Below, one piece after another: positions 12,492-24,000 of a stretch of DNA of 50,025 bases (position 1 is its first letter; each line of letters opens with the position of its first letter). Source of the DNA: Macrostomum lignano (taxonomy: Eukaryota). Both the position numbers and the translations under genes were made by a program. The notes beneath the pieces were generated by a model. The model was not told where the DNA came from. It worked only from the letters and a program-made list of their open reading frames with translations, and made no database searches. The stretch covers positions 1-50,025 of the forward strand of contig NIVC01004334.1 of assembly GCA_002269645.1 (NCBI GenBank). The letters are read 5' to 3'.

Positions 12492-12545
12492 CTTCTTGAA
12501 GAACTGCTTTGAGCAAAAACAGATAAAGCCGTCAGTGGGTGCCGT
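12492..12545 (-). other. FAM221A: Probable 5'UTR exon of FAM221A (upstream limit uncertain)
   Basis: Consensus donor AAG|GTAAGA at 12492/12491 and a TGCAG| acceptor at 12373, 30 nt upstream of the ATG. Confidence 0.45.
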
Positions 12546-13267
12546 TAAGCCTCCGTGAGTACCTATGTGAATTTGCTGGGTGAATATATACGGTCAAACA
12601 CAGGGGCGCACTTGCAAGTCCGGAGAGTAAACGTACAGAGGGAGGGAGTGTTTACTCTCAATAAAACCTTTCCAACAACCACTCCCTGCTGCAATCGGGT
12701 CTGTTCATTTCTGTCCCATATGGTCTAAAAATAGCATCATCACTCTTGTCTGCAGTACTTGAATGTACATCCAGTAAGAACGGCCCAGGACTTGGGTGGG
12801 TAGCCAACCATTTGCCTGAAGAAATGAAGAGAATGAAGAGCAGCACAATTGAGCTCGTTTAGAAAATTTTCTACCTGCATGCATTTTGCCATCGCTGTTC
12901 AGCTCTGACGTCTCTTGAACAACTTCAGTTGTAAAGCTGAGCTGCCATTCTATGACGCAAATTGCGAGTGGGTGAGAGAGAGATCAGAGAGACAACTGCA
13001 TGTGAAGACGGGCTTGTTTATTACTTTTTTGTGTCATTATTACAATATTACAATTGAGGGCAAAGCATTTAATTACGCAGAGATAATGAGGCCTCAAGGT
13101 AACGATGGCTCCTTCTAAAGAAGGTTTAGAAGCTTCAAAGTTAATATTTTTGTAGATAACTGCATATGTCTACTATGAGTAGACTTGTAATAAGAGTGAA
13201 CATTTAATCGCTTCAATGACATTTTTAAGCTGAATCCTAAGCATTCACTTGCACGGGATAGCGAGAT

Positions 13268-13435
13268 TTGCCAGCCGAAATTTTCCAGCCGACAGTTGCC
13301 TGCCGACATAATTGCTAGCCGACATTTGCCAGCCGACATTTGCCAGCCGACATTTGCCAGCCGACATTTGCCAGCCGACATTTGCCAGCCGACATTTGCC
13401 AGCCGACATTTGCCAGCCGACATTTGCCAGCCGAC
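13268..13435. repeat. 14-bp minisatellite GCCAGCCGACATTT between the divergent FAM221A and M28 genes
   Basis: About 11 tandem copies. Confidence 0.93.
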
Positions 13436-13989
13436 ATAACAATTGCTGCATAAAAATGTTAATCAACCGTCCGGAAGGTAATCAATATCTTGCAGCGAAA
13501 ACCTGGCCTTACGTGAGGCCAGAATCACGTGATTCAGCTATAGCTTCCTCAGCTGTCCATGGAGTTTTCCAACGGCAGTCCTTTCTGTTCCTTCTATAAC
13601 ACCTTCAACAGCACCTTCCCTGTTCGCTAATTGCCAACATTCTTTGCTTAATCTGCGAGAGTATTATTGCCAACTTTGAAAGCGACCCAAGTGGTGACGC
13701 AATATTGAGCCGGGCGAGTTTACGGTGGAATTTTCTAATGAGGACTTTGGCTTGGACCCGACGGTGTTCGGATGTAAATTATAGGCTTTAGAATTGCGCA
13801 GAGCCGGGCTATTGCGCCACGGCTGCGTCCAATTAGCTGATATTGCAGAAAGGTCGAGACGTTCGGCTAGCGAAACGCGCCCGATGATTAATGCGCTTGC
13901 CCCCCCCCCCCCAGGGGCTTCGATGGCTACGCGGATAAAAGATGGCTGGAACTTGGGGGCGGAAGCGTGTTATGCCAACAGGCGGCAAA

Positions 13990-15333
13990 ATGTTCCCCTG
14001 CATCAAGTTGGCCCTCTGTTCAGTCGGCCTGGTCGCGCTTCTCACCCAGGTCGCCTGCACGCCAGTCGGCGATGCTGACGGCGCCATGCGGGCGAATCGA
14101 GACAAGCTGCGCGACTTGCTGAGAGACTCCAGCTCAAGACTGAAAGTTCACGTACGGGAGCTGTCGCGCACCTCTTCTCTGGCCGGCTCTCCAACAGCGA
14201 TGCGTCACGTCGAGTACGTGGAGAACTTCTGGCGCGATCTGGGCTTTCGCGTATCCCGAAGATCCTACGAGGTGCCGATTTCCTACTTCGAGCAACAAGG
14301 CGAGAGCCGCCGCGTCAATTCGTCGAGATCGGAGGCGATCGAGCAGCCAAGTGTGTCGGTGTGTTTCGCCGAGGACTGCCGAGCGCTTGAGCTGGACAAG
14401 CCGCTGACTCGAGAGGATCGGGACATCGAAGGTCTGTCGAGAGCGTTTTACGCGTATTCCCGACCGCTCAGCGGCCACTTTGGCCTGCTTCAACCTGAGG
14501 ACTTTGCCGAGTACATGAGCGTAGAGAATCTGACCGCCCTGCTGGAAGGCAACCTGGTGCTGGTCAGACCCAACGAGACAGCATTACTGGAGCTGCTAAT
14601 GCAGGTAGCTACCAGGACTACGAACAACACCGGCTTCCTTCTGGTGCACGCGCCGCCAGGAAACGATGAGGACGGTTCGGGCGACCCGGATGCGGCCCAG
14701 CCGCAGCAGCCAGCCTATCCTGAGGGTCCGGGATCGCCCGACACGGCCGTCACCTTCCATGTCGGTGGGCCGGAGGACACTGTCGGAGACCCGACTACGC
14801 CCGGCTACCCGTCCCGCTGGTATGCCAGCCGGCAGGAGCCCGGCGGCAAGGCCGGCTGGAAGTCCGCCTTGAACGTCACGGTGGTGCCGATCTCCGTGGC
14901 AGACGCCGAAGTCCTGGCCAGCGCCTTTGCCTCCGACTCCGGCACCGAGAGGCCCCATCTCCGGGTGCACTGGCCGTTGCAGTTCGGCTACCGCGAGGTG
15001 TACGACTCGTGCGCCGAGATTCTCGGCGATCAGGAGCCCGACCGGGTGGTGCTGATCGGCAGCCACCGGGACGCCTGGTTTGGCGGCGCCGTGGACCCGC
15101 ACACTGGTATGGCCACCTTGCTGGAGACCGGCCGCGCCCTGGCGGAGCTGCGCGACAAAACTGGCTGGCGTCCGCGCCGGACGATCCTGATGTGCGCCTG
15201 GGACGCCGAGGAGCTCGGCCTGATGGGCAGCGTGGAGTGGGTCGAGGAGGAGTTCATGCGCATTGGTAGCCGGCTGGTCGCGTACGTCAACACCGACACG
15301 GATGTGATTGGCGACTGGAAGATGCTGGTTCAG
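13990..15333 (+). CDS. M28 metallopeptidase (glutamate carboxypeptidase II/NAALADase-like), exon 1
   Basis: Signal-like MFPCIKLALCSVGLVALLTQVAC; alternative in-frame ATGs at 13942 and 13972. Motifs GDPTTPGYP, IGSHRDAW, AVDPHTG, WDAEELG, YVNTD. Donor CAG|GTGAGC, phase 0. Confidence 0.9.
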
Positions 15334-15584
15334 GTGAGCCGGAATGATATCTTTTAAATGACTTTTTTAGTTAAGTGACAAAAGTTCAACAACTGGAAGG
15401 AAAAAGTTTAGATTCGACACTGAACGGTACGGTGCGAGTTTCCTTGTGTAGACCCGAAAGGTATTATGAAGTTTGATATTATGAACAGTGTCAGTGGTTG
15501 GCATTTTTCGAAATTAAAGTTGGTATTGAAATGAGGTGTCCATGTACGGTCCTCAAATTTCCATGGTTCCAACAAATTTTGCAG

Positions 15585-16348
15585 AGCTCAGACCAGCTGA
15601 CTGACATCATCAACCAGATCCTCTTGGAGAGTGCGGACACTTCCAGCGAGGACGGCTCGCCGCTGCACTTCTTCTACAAGCTGGACGACTCGTCGGACTA
15701 TTTTTCCTTCACCCGCGCTCTCGGCGTGCCCGCCTGCGACTTCAGCTACGTTCGCGGCCCCGGGAGACTCTGACTCTGTACGACCTCTACCACACCCGGT
15801 ACGAGACGCCCAGACTGTACGAGATGCTGGACCCGACCGGGAAAGCTCATCCGCGCCTGGCGCAGTCAGTGGCCTCGCTGGTGTACACCATGGCCGACTC
15901 GCCGCTCCTACCGCTGAACATGTCCGCCTTTGCCAACGGGCTGCGCTGGCGCCTCTACGACGGCTTCTTTGCAGCGGCCGACAACGGCACTGGAGGAGAT
16001 CTGTGGGGAGAGGGCGAAGACGAATTTGACGCCGTTCGTCAGCGTCTGCAGGCGGTCGCTTTGTCGGCACTGGAAAACGCCACCCGAGCGCTGCATCGCT
16101 TCGAAGAGGAGAAGAAGCTGGTTGACGAGTCGGCTGGCCAGCTGCGCCTGCGGATGCTGAACGACAAGATGATGCTGGTCCAGAAAGCGTTCACGCATCA
16201 CTGCGTGCTCCGCTGCAACGGTGACTCCGTCAACCTGCTGAACGGCCTGCCGCGGAACTTGCCAGCCGAGAAGGTGGCCCAGGCCATCATTTTAGGCCTG
16301 AACTCCGTTGCCAAGCTGCTCACCGACTCGTTTACTGATGACTATTAA
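15585..16348 (+). CDS. M28/GCPII-like peptidase, exon 2 (1-nt frameshift at ~15762-15765)
   Basis: TTTTGCAG| acceptor. SSDYFSF..ALGVPA then, in the shifted frame, YDLYHTRYET and the TfR-dimerisation-like LRMLNDKMM. One extra G in GGG(15762-64) restores a single frame. Confidence 0.85.
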
Positions 16349-16962
16349 TGAAGCTTGAGCTTTTAACATTGTTTAGCCTTGTACTGTTTGTGTTTATTTG
16401 AGTGCTTCAGCATGGACAAATCAAATAGAAAGTCGCCATGCTCGTAAGTTGTCATACAAACAAGTGAGAGGTTTGTCAAACTCTGGGCTTACAGACAAAC
16501 TTAGGAAGTTGTGAGCTTTCGTGCTTCAATGCTCCGATACCACTGTTACGTGTAATTGCCACCTACCAGCCATTAATAAACCCCGAAAGACTAAATTAGA
16601 CTTTGCGATGTAAAAAAACTGTATTGACGAATTGCTCTCTCGATTTTTAAAGTATTTTTTGGCTTCCCTGAAAAGAAAACGCGAGAGCTGCTTGCGTTCA
16701 GTGCATTTGGCGACGGGGTACGGCTTTGCTACCCCCAGCCTGTCCATAGTGTACACTTACTGGGGCTGCGGTTCACTATTTCCTAGCCAATTTCTCACCA
16801 CAACAGAACACAAGTGCTAGCTAGGGGTGGGGGGGGGCTTGCATACAGCAGGCCTTCTGAATGCATAAATGCGGCTCTCTCTGCATATACGCAGCCAGTC
16901 AGACCACCACTTTGCCTGCTCCAGGGTTCGCGCATTATCTGGCGTGTTTTCAAGCCCGAATC

Positions 16963-17607
16963 ATGCACCGGTTCATTGCTCTCGCAGCCACACTTTCCCT
17001 GCTACTGTCGGCCTCGTCGGCTGCCGCGGTCCCGGCGGTTGCCAAGGACGCCGAGCAGCCAGACGTGGTGGAAATGTCGATGATCTTGCCGGCTGAGAGA
17101 ATCGCCCGCCGCCACCAGCTGACGCGGCTGTACGGCTTCAGCTGGTCAGATTGCAGCTCGCAGGGCGCCTGGGTGAAGATCCACTCGGTCAGCCTGCAGC
17201 CCGACCCCGTGCACCTGGACGGCAAGATCACCGTGGGTTTCTCTTTCACGGCCTCGCACAATCTCAGCGCCTCGCAGCCGGTGTCCGCCTCAGTCGAGTT
17301 GAAGAAGAAAGTCTTTGGCACCTGGCTGAAGCTGCCCTGCGTCAACAACATCGGCTCCTGCGACTACGCCAACCTGTGCACCGTCCGGCCGCCGCCCACC
17401 TCCTGTCCGGCCGAGTTTGTGAAGGCCGGCGTGCCGTGCAAGTGTCCGATAGCGGCCGGGAATTACACACTGCCCGCCTACTCGTTCACTGTCGACGCTT
17501 CGAAGATACCGGAGTTCCTGGAGAAAGGCGACTACAAGGTGTCAGTGAACGCCAAAGCTGGCAGCAACCAGGTGCTGTGCGTTGATGCCGAACTGTCACT
17601 GGCCTGA
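16963..17607 (+). CDS. GM2A: Ganglioside GM2 activator-like ML-domain lipid-binding protein, 214 aa, intronless
   Basis: Signal peptide MHRFIALAATLSLLLSASSAAA. Motifs FSWSDC, LQPDP, W.KLPCVNNIGSCDY.NLC, CP......G.PCKCP...GNY.LP, FL..GDY match the GM2-AP cysteine pattern. Confidence 0.92.
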   Translation: MHRFIALAATLSLLLSASSAAAVPAVAKDAEQPDVVEMSMILPAERIARRHQLTRLYGFSWSDCSSQGAWVKIHSVSLQPDPVHLDGKITVGFSFTASHNLSASQPVSASVELKKKVFGTWLKLPCVNNIGSCDYANLCTVRPPPTSCPAEFVKAGVPCKCPIAAGNYTLPAYSFTVDASKIPEFLEKGDYKVSVNAKAGSNQVLCVDAELSLA

Positions 17608-18103
17608 GACTATTTGAAACTTCTATTCGAATTATTGGCATCACGCCAGCTTCTATCCCCGATAAAGTTGCGCGCTCAATCCAGGGCTCAGATATTCGAA
17701 TAACTTGCTGGTTTGCGCTAAATTATCAGCACGCGACTGGAGAGCTAAGAAAATTAATTACGTTGCCGTCAATTTTACTTGATAAAAAAATCTTGCTCTC
17801 CGTTAAAGCCAATTAATTACTTAAACATTACCACTTGATGTAGCTAACCAGTAGGATAAACTGTTTTTCATAATAGAATCAATTTGTTCGCTTCTACACT
17901 ATTTTTGCATAATTGGGTCGAATTCGCGCTGTAATTTCACTCTTTTGTAAGCCTGTTGAACTAATCGATTAAAACGGTGTTAATTCAGAATCTTGTTACT
18001 TCCGCTTTCTCCTTTTGTAATCCGAAATCAATTTTTTTAGCAAATAAACGTGATTTTTTAAATAATTTTTCACTTAGAAATTTACCTTTGTTTTGCGAAG
18101 CAT

Positions 18104-19095
18104 GGACTGGTGTATGAGCTGGTGCATGAGCTGGTGTATGAGCTGGTGCATCATGAGCTGGTGTATGAGCTGGTGTATGAGCTGGTGTATGAACTGGTGT
18201 GTGAGCTGGTGTACAATGTATGAGCTGGTGTATGAGCTGGTGTATGAGCTGATACATCATGGTCTGGTGTATGAGCTGGTGTATGAGCTGATACATCATG
18301 AGCTGGTGTATGAGCTGATACATCATGGTCTGGTGTATGAGCTGGTGTATGAGCTGGTGTATGAACTGGTGTGTGAGCTGGTGTACAATGTATGAGCTGG
18401 TGTATGAGCTGGTGTATGAGCTGATACATCATGGTCTGGTGTATGAGCTGGTGTATGAGCTGATACATCATGAGCTGGTGTATGAACTGGTGTTTGAGCT
18501 GGTGTACAATGTATGAGCTGGTGTATGAGCTGGTGTATGAGCTGATACATCATGGTCTGGTGCATGAGCTGGTGTATGAGCTGGTGCATCATGAGCTGGT
18601 GTATGAGCTGGTGTATGAGCTGGTGTATGAACTGGTGTGTGAGCTGGTGTACAATGTATGAGCTGGTGTATGAGCTGGTGTATGAGCTGATACATCATGG
18701 TCTGGTGTATGAGCTGGTGTATGAGCTGATACATCATGAGCTGGTGTATGAACTGGTGTTTGAGCTGGTGTACAATGTATGAGCTGGTGTATGAGCTGGT
18801 GTATGAGCTGATACATCATGGTCTGGTGTATGAGCTGGTGTATGAGCTGATACATCATGAGCTGGTGTATGAGCTGATACATCATGGTCTGGTGTATGAG
18901 CTGGTATATGAGCTGGTGTATGAGCTGGTGTATGAGCTGTTCTTTGAGCTTGTGTACAATGTATGAGCTGGTGTATGAGCTGATACATCATGGGCTGGTG
19001 TATGAGCTGATACATCATGGGCTGGTGTATGAGCTGATACATCATGAGCTGGTGTACGTGCTGGTGTATGAGCTGGTGTATGAGCTGGTGCATGA
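18104..19095. repeat. 12-bp satellite TGAGCTGGTGTA with higher-order structure
   Basis: The marker GTACAATG recurs at 18211, 18383, 18504, 18649, 18770 and 18954. Confidence 0.95.
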
Positions 19096-19522
19096 TCAGG
19101 TTTATAATATTAGTTAATGATTTTGCTTTTAGGCAAGCGGAAAGCAGGGGTCGCAGGGCCCTAGCACGCACTAAGGGCGTGGATAATTACTGTTTCATGA
19201 TCTGAGAGTGCCGCACGCATCTTAGCGTTCGCATTTTCGCACTGCAATCCAAAAGCAGTTTTGGTTCTGCATTTAAAAATAGTTTCGACCAAAACATCAC
19301 GTGCGCGCCAGGTTCTTGTTACTGGCATTACATCATGCTACTTCAAGTAGACAATGATACTTAAGCGAATCAAATAGAAGTTAGTGGAGGTTTCTCTTCA
19401 ACGTGCACCCGATGAAATCTGAGGTCAAAACAATTAAAGAGGTCAGGAGGCAAAACGTTTATATGGGGACCAGACTGGGACCTGTTGGTCAGAGAGAACT
19501 CTATTCAACTCTATCGGGGAAG

Positions 19523-20542
19523 ATGAAGAAGAAACTGCTACTATTATTTCTGTTGCAGTTGCTTTCATTCTTCATCCGCAGTGGAGTTCGAGCAGAGGTC
19601 AGCCTCAGCCAGTGCTACTTGTTCCCGAGAGAGGCCTGCGACTCCTGTGTGGCCGACTACAGCAGCAGCCGGCTCACCAAGTACTGCTTCGCCTTTCCAA
19701 GAAGCCGCACCTGCACCACAGAGCCTGGTCGGCTGGACTATGTGAGACAGCTGCGGGACAGCCTGAACCGCTACTGCCCTGGCGCCTTGCCGCCTGTCAG
19801 GCCAGTCACCGCGGTTGCTATGGAAACAGCCACAACAACAACAACGGGAGCGGACTCTAGTGTTGCTATGGAAACAACCACAACAACAACGGGAGCGGAC
19901 TCTGGTGTTGCTATGGAAACAACCACAACAACAACGACGGGAGCGGACTCTGGTGTTGCTATGGAAACAACCACAACAACAACGACGGGAGCGGACTCTG
20001 GTGTTGCTATGGAAACAACTACAACAACAACAACGGGAGCGGACTCTGGTGTTGCTATGGAAACCAAAAGAACAACGGCAGCGGACTCTGGTGTTGCTAT
20101 GGAAACCAAAAGAACAACGGCAGCGGACTCTGGTGTTGCTATGGAAACCAAAAGAACAACGGGAGCGGACTCTGGTGTTGCTATGGAAACAAAAACAACA
20201 GTTAGCCCAAATTCTGGAGCCGCCAAGACAATCAGCACTCAAAGCAGCAGCCCGGATGCAGATTCAAACGCAACCAACTCAACAACAATAGAAGAACGCT
20301 CTACCGACACGGAAGCGCCTGCAAACTCAAATAGAGCAATTTCAACACCTTCAATCACTTCCGAATTGGTTGCAAATGACGTCATAAAATCTACGGTTCC
20401 CATGGCAACGAAAAGCCCTGAACAGGTCAACGAGGAGCCCATTCTAGTCGAGGAGACTGAGACAGTCATCAAGACAGTGAGGAAGCTGTGGCCGCGTGGC
20501 AACAAGTCGGGAAGCTTCATCAAACTTTGTAGCAAATTTTAA
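19523..20542 (+). CDS. Secreted Cys-rich + mucin-like (Thr-rich repeat) protein, 339 aa as a single exon
   Basis: ATG at 19523, K-rich then hydrophobic signal peptide. A 6-Cys N-terminal module is followed by nine in-frame VAMET-containing repeats (42-48 nt) and an S/T-rich tail. A spliced 3' end cannot be excluded. Confidence 0.75.
   Translation: MKKKLLLLFLLQLLSFFIRSGVRAEVSLSQCYLFPREACDSCVADYSSSRLTKYCFAFPRSRTCTTEPGRLDYVRQLRDSLNRYCPGALPPVRPVTAVAMETATTTTTGADSSVAMETTTTTTGADSGVAMETTTTTTTGADSGVAMETTTTTTTGADSGVAMETTTTTTTGADSGVAMETKRTTAADSGVAMETKRTTAADSGVAMETKRTTGADSGVAMETKTTVSPNSGAAKTISTQSSSPDADSNATNSTTIEERSTDTEAPANSNRAISTPSITSELVANDVIKSTVPMATKSPEQVNEEPILVEETETVIKTVRKLWPRGNKSGSFIKLCSKF
19814..20409. 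promoter_or_regulatory. Cluster of 10 RFX X-box-consensus 14-mers embedded in the coding repeats
   Basis: GTTGCTATGGAAAC at 19814, 19862, 19907, 19955, 20003, 20051, 20093, 20135 and 20177, plus GTTCCCATGGCAAC at 20396. Function is unproven. Confidence 0.35.
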
Positions 20543-20883
20543 TGCAGAAATTCAATATGTTTGTGCTTTTATTCCAGTTTAAGTAATTATCCATTAATCT
20601 GAATGTTATTTAATCAAGTACCGATAGCTAAAATAGTAAGAGTACAAATGGGGTATAGGTGTTATAGTAATCATTAATTAGAGTAAGCTAGCCAGATAGG
20701 CACAACTAACCCTTGCCCACTCAAAATAAAGTAACAATAATTACACTATATATAGCGATTGTAGCGATGACACTATACGCTTGTACTCCACAAGCAATTA
20801 ATCATATCTACATCATCACTAGCACTGGGGGGAGCAGAGCAGCTTAGCAGCTGATGCGTCTGTCTCTCGCGCTCGTCTGAGTG

Positions 20884-21090
<207 letters not shown>

Positions 21091-24000
21091 ACCGTTTTGT
21101 CGCGGCGTACGTGCCCTGCGAGCCACTATTCTCCTCTGCACTTTTTCCTGTGACGCGCCATGTTCGTCAAGGCTAGCATCTTTCCACAATCCGGACACGG
21201 TCCGGTCTTGCTCCTATACACGCGGGCTGTTACGTTCTGCTCCTCTGCTACCTGTTGTTCCTCGTGCTGTCTGCAGTTCCTCCTGTGTCTGGATAAGTTC
21301 GATTTAGAGACGGTTTTTCCACACGCATTGCAGGTGATTCGGCTTCCTTGCACCTCTTCCCCGCGGCATGCCTTCATGTCTTGAAGTCCCCGCCGCACTT
21401 CGGGCACGGCAGACTGGCTCTGGTCATCACGTGGTGCATGCGGCGCTGGTGCACCGCAAGGCCTCCTCGAGTGGTCTCCTCTTCATACCATCTCAGTGTT
21501 CTGATTGCACGTTAACTAGTTCCGTTCAAGATCGAGTTCTTCAACCTTAGCGTTTCTTAGCAGTTTCTTCCAGAACGAGATGATGGTCTGTCTTCGGTGC
21601 TTCGCTTTCCGAACTCCTTCTGGGTCTTTACTCCATCCGAGAACGCACTGCTTCGCTAGGTTGTCATCATGGTAGCCGTAGCACGTGCCCCATTCTCCTC
21701 CAGTGTGCCATCTCAATTTTTGTTGAGATGCTGGTGACTCTAAGATCGTCGCGGACATCCCCGCTGTTGGCACCTTTCTCTTTCATTTCTTTTAGAGGTG
21801 GCTTCGTCTTGCTGCTCCATACGTAACGATATAAGCGGTCCACCGTTTTCTGGAGCGTTTTAGTTTCTGACTTATGGAAAAGCCTGGCGCCGCAGTTGAA
21901 GAGCATGGTGCTCTCGACGCAGGCCTCAACGATCCTAGCTTGGGTTCTCTTAGTAAGTCTAGTCTTTCTGAGCATGTTCCGAACTCCGGCTAATGCTTTC
22001 GGGGCCCTCTGCAATCTTTGTCCAATATCATTTTGCGTCCTAGCCAGGTGCCGAGCATCCGTATGTTGTTACTGCTTTCAGTCCCCAGGACAGCGCTCTC
22101 TTCTTTGTCATCGTTAGTAATTTCCTCGAATTCTTTCATCACCTCCTTTATAATTTTTGTTCCTCGCTCAATTTCGTTCGTAGCTCCGATAATCGTTGTA
22201 TCGTCGGCGAAGAGAGAGCACGACACGGTTTTCGTTGTCGTCTCCTCATTGAATTTATCCAATCGTTGCGGGGGGAGGCTATGCCCTGAACGACAAGTCC
22301 AGCGGATTCCAGCTATTTCGCCGTCGCTAATAGCCGCGGTTTTTCTCCCTTTCTCAGCAAGGCGTATTGCTGCTTGGTGATAGACGTTAAAGAGTATCGG
22401 GGAAGTGGCGCATCCTTCTCTTAGACCACACTGGGGTAGAAGGGTGTGCTCTCCTCGTTGTCCGATATGACTACGTCGTTTCCTCGTGCAGGTCTTTGAT
22501 CTTGTCAATAATTCTCGTTGGCATTCCAGCAAGAAGTTGCCAAAAGTGTATGCTTTACGTAGGTCAAGCAGCTTGATACTGGAGTCCAGGTTGTCGGTAT
22601 GGTCCGGGCTGTCGCGCAGTTTGCTGGCGTCCTCGTTGAGGCGCCAGATAATCTGAGTGGCGTCCATTGTAGACCGGCCACTGCGGAAGCCTGCCTTGTT
22701 CTCATCGAGTGCGCCAATGTTTTCTGCCCATGCGCTGATTCTTGTTGCTAGGATCCTTGCGATTATTCTGCTAACTAGCGGTAGCAAGCAGATGCCCCTG
22801 TAATTGTTCGCGTTGGCTTGGTCTCCTTTTTTGAAGAGCGGGATGATTTGACTGATTTTCTGATTCTCTCTCCAGTCTTTGGCTGGTGAGTTCCCCAGAT
22901 GGTGGATTTCCTTTCTGAGCGATGTTTTCGCCTCCTCACAAGCTTCCTTGATGTACCTTATTCTTACTCCATCAATTTCTGGTGCTCCGTCTTGAATCTT
23001 CATCCATTCCCTCTCGATTTCTTCGTCTTCTAGCGGTGCGTCTAGCTTTTCGTTGGCGTATCTAACCGTCATGCTGTCCGGTTCGTGAGCTCGTTCCGTT
23101 CTGAGTATGCTTTCTTTGATCAGTTCAGGGGGGTTCTCGTATCGTGAGGCTTGTAAAGTTTCTAGATGGTCTTTAAAATCTTCCGCCAAGAAGAGTGGTG
23201 ATGCTTTGCTACCATTTGCGTTTTGTTGTGTCGCTCTTCCCATCTTCCGCAGACAGTCGTACATCTCTGCGATGTTGCCACAATCACAGTGGTGTTTACA
23301 TTTATCGGCAATGTTGACCCACCAAGCATCTTCCCATTCTTGCAGCTTCGTTTTCTTGATCTGTCTGCACACTCTAACGTGTTCGATTGCTGTCGCGATC
23401 CTTGTCGTGTTCTGGTCATCGTCAGGAGACAGGCGTGCACGATCTCTCGCTTGGTCCCGGGCGCTGAGGGCTCTAGCGAGGTTGATGTTGAGCTCCTTCA
23501 GTTCCTCCTCATGTCCAACCATCCAGCTGTTGGTTTGTCTGGTTCTCGGTCCGCATATTTCCATTGCGTTTTCAAGTAACTTTTTTCGGTCATTTCCCAG
23601 TTCATTGCCTCGTCCCTTTCTCGATTTGGTTCGGCTGTCTCTTCTGTATGTTCAGGTGTTGCTAGCCTCCCCTCTGTCTTCTTCCGAAAACTCTCTTTCA
23701 CTTCTGGGTCACGGAGTCTAGTCCATTCGACCTGTTTGGTCTTTGGTCCTTTATGTTTTTGATTATTGTTGGTGTTCCTGGCAGTGGGCTGCTTGATGGC
23801 GGTGCCTGGTAGCACAGACAACACTTTCGGCAAGTGGTATGATAGCAAGGTTTCCGAGTGGTCTGTTCAGATTCGTCTCACCATTTTGTGACGGTCTTCC
23901 TTGCGCATGGCAAAGCCATCCAACTCGTACCAGGTGCCCGTGCGGGGGTGTTTCCAAGTTTCGGGTTTGTTCTGGTGATAGTAAGAGCTGACCCACACCA

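Noticed and set aside
15750-15766. A 17-nt GT..AG micro-intron would also restore the M28 frame
   Set aside because: It is far below normal metazoan intron size and shortens the loop relative to GCPII; a missing G is more parsimonious.
10654-17585. GC-rich overlapping or antisense ORFs over the FAM221A, M28 and GM2A exons
   Set aside because: Shadow ORFs expected from high GC3 codon usage in the true frames.
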